Made by a program: the position numbers and the translations under genes
NCBI GenBank assembly: GCA_977020255.1
Contig: CDROCS010003157.1
Coordinates: forward strand, 1 to 64,000
Length of the DNA: 64,000 nt
DNA from: Obrimoposthia wandeli
Lineage: Eukaryota
Direction: 5' to 3'
Shown: piece by piece, positions 63,075 through 64,000 of the stretch
Numbering within the stretch: the first letter of the stretch is position 1
Layout of the letters: each line of letters begins with the position of its first letter
The notes under the pieces: generated by a model
The model's input: the letters and a program-made list of their open reading frames with translations, nothing else
What the model was told of the DNA's origin: nothing
Databases searched by the model: none

Positions 63075-63710
63075 TTTCTGAGCATTATATGTTTTAATTG
63101 TGTTTATTTATAAAGATATTTAGATATCTATATAATGAAAATTTAGAAAATATATCTTATTTTAGGAAAAATAAATGGTAAAGTGCACTTTGAAACGGAA
63201 TATCTCCTTAAGGTTTCTGTTATATCAAATGTAAATAGTTTTATTAGAATTGGCTAGTATGGGCCAAGTGTTTCTGAGCATTTTATAGTTTAAATAAGTT
63301 TATTTATAGAGATATTTAGAAATCTATATAATGAAAATTTAGAAAATATATCTTATTTTAGGAAAAATAAATGGTAAAGTTCACTTTCAAACGGAATATC
63401 TCCTTACGGTTTCTGTTATATCAAATGCAAATAGTTTTATTAGAATTGGCTAGTATGGGACAAGTGTTTCTGAGCATTTTATAGTTTAAATAAGTTTATT
63501 TATAGAGATATTTAGAAATCTATATAATGAAAATTTAGAAAATATATCTTATTTTAGGAAAAATAAATGGTAAAGTTCACTTTGAAACGGAATATCTCCT
63601 TAAGGTTTCTGTTATATCAAATGCAAATAGTTTTATTAGAATTGGCTAGTATGGGACAAGTGTTTCTGAGCATTATATGTTTTAAATGTGTTTATTTATA
63701 AAGATATTTG
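63075..63710 (+). repeat. 196-bp tandem repeat (about 3.2 units)
   Basis: tataatgaaaatttag recurs at 63131, 63327 and 63523. Confidence 0.95.
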
Positions 63711-64000
63711 TATATGTATATCTAGTTTATCTATATTATCATGTGGCTTTATTTAGACTAATCATTTTGTCCAGTGAAAACTCGAGTCCTGTATTACATC
63801 GAAAGTTTTTTAACTTTTTGAATTTAATTTCAAACTTAAAATTAAGATTTAAAAAAAAAAAATGTAAAAATTAGATTTGAAGAAAATATTTTTGAAATTA
63901 GCAATACAAAATATATCTACTGTTTTTCTGTATAATTAGGAATGTTTTCATTTACTCTTTTCAATTTTTTATCTGAAAAAACTTATTAAAATTTCGGTAT

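Overview
AT-rich animal genomic DNA with two assembly gaps (309-613, 16156-16396), dominated by two large virus-like elements. (1) About 72-16747: a near full-length but decayed Maverick/Polinton (adintovirus-like) element. The + strand carries a TBP-like gene, packaging ATPase, core proteins, integrase-chromodomain, penton, hexon and adenain. The - strand carries pPolB and accessory genes. It has TIRs with a nested palindrome and, by my manual splicing, about 8 tiny GT-AG introns (37-75 nt). (2) About 16748-27292: a decayed Ty3/Gypsy-type retroelement with unusual cargo in this order: gB/chuvirus-like envelope, protease 1, BIR, IAP-type RING, protease 2, RT, RNase H, integrase, three beta-type repeats, a dual-specificity phosphatase plus a pseudophosphatase, and TM segments. 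No LTRs were found. Host genes are a spalt/SALL orthologue (29738-33703) and the 5' part of CCDC157 (53729-56734+). The remainder holds a second, diverged Maverick fragment with conserved intron positions, hAT MITEs, Tc1 relics, an LTR/PBS/gag fragment and 196-bp inverted tandem repeats. All calls come from manual motif recognition and translation; no database searches were run.
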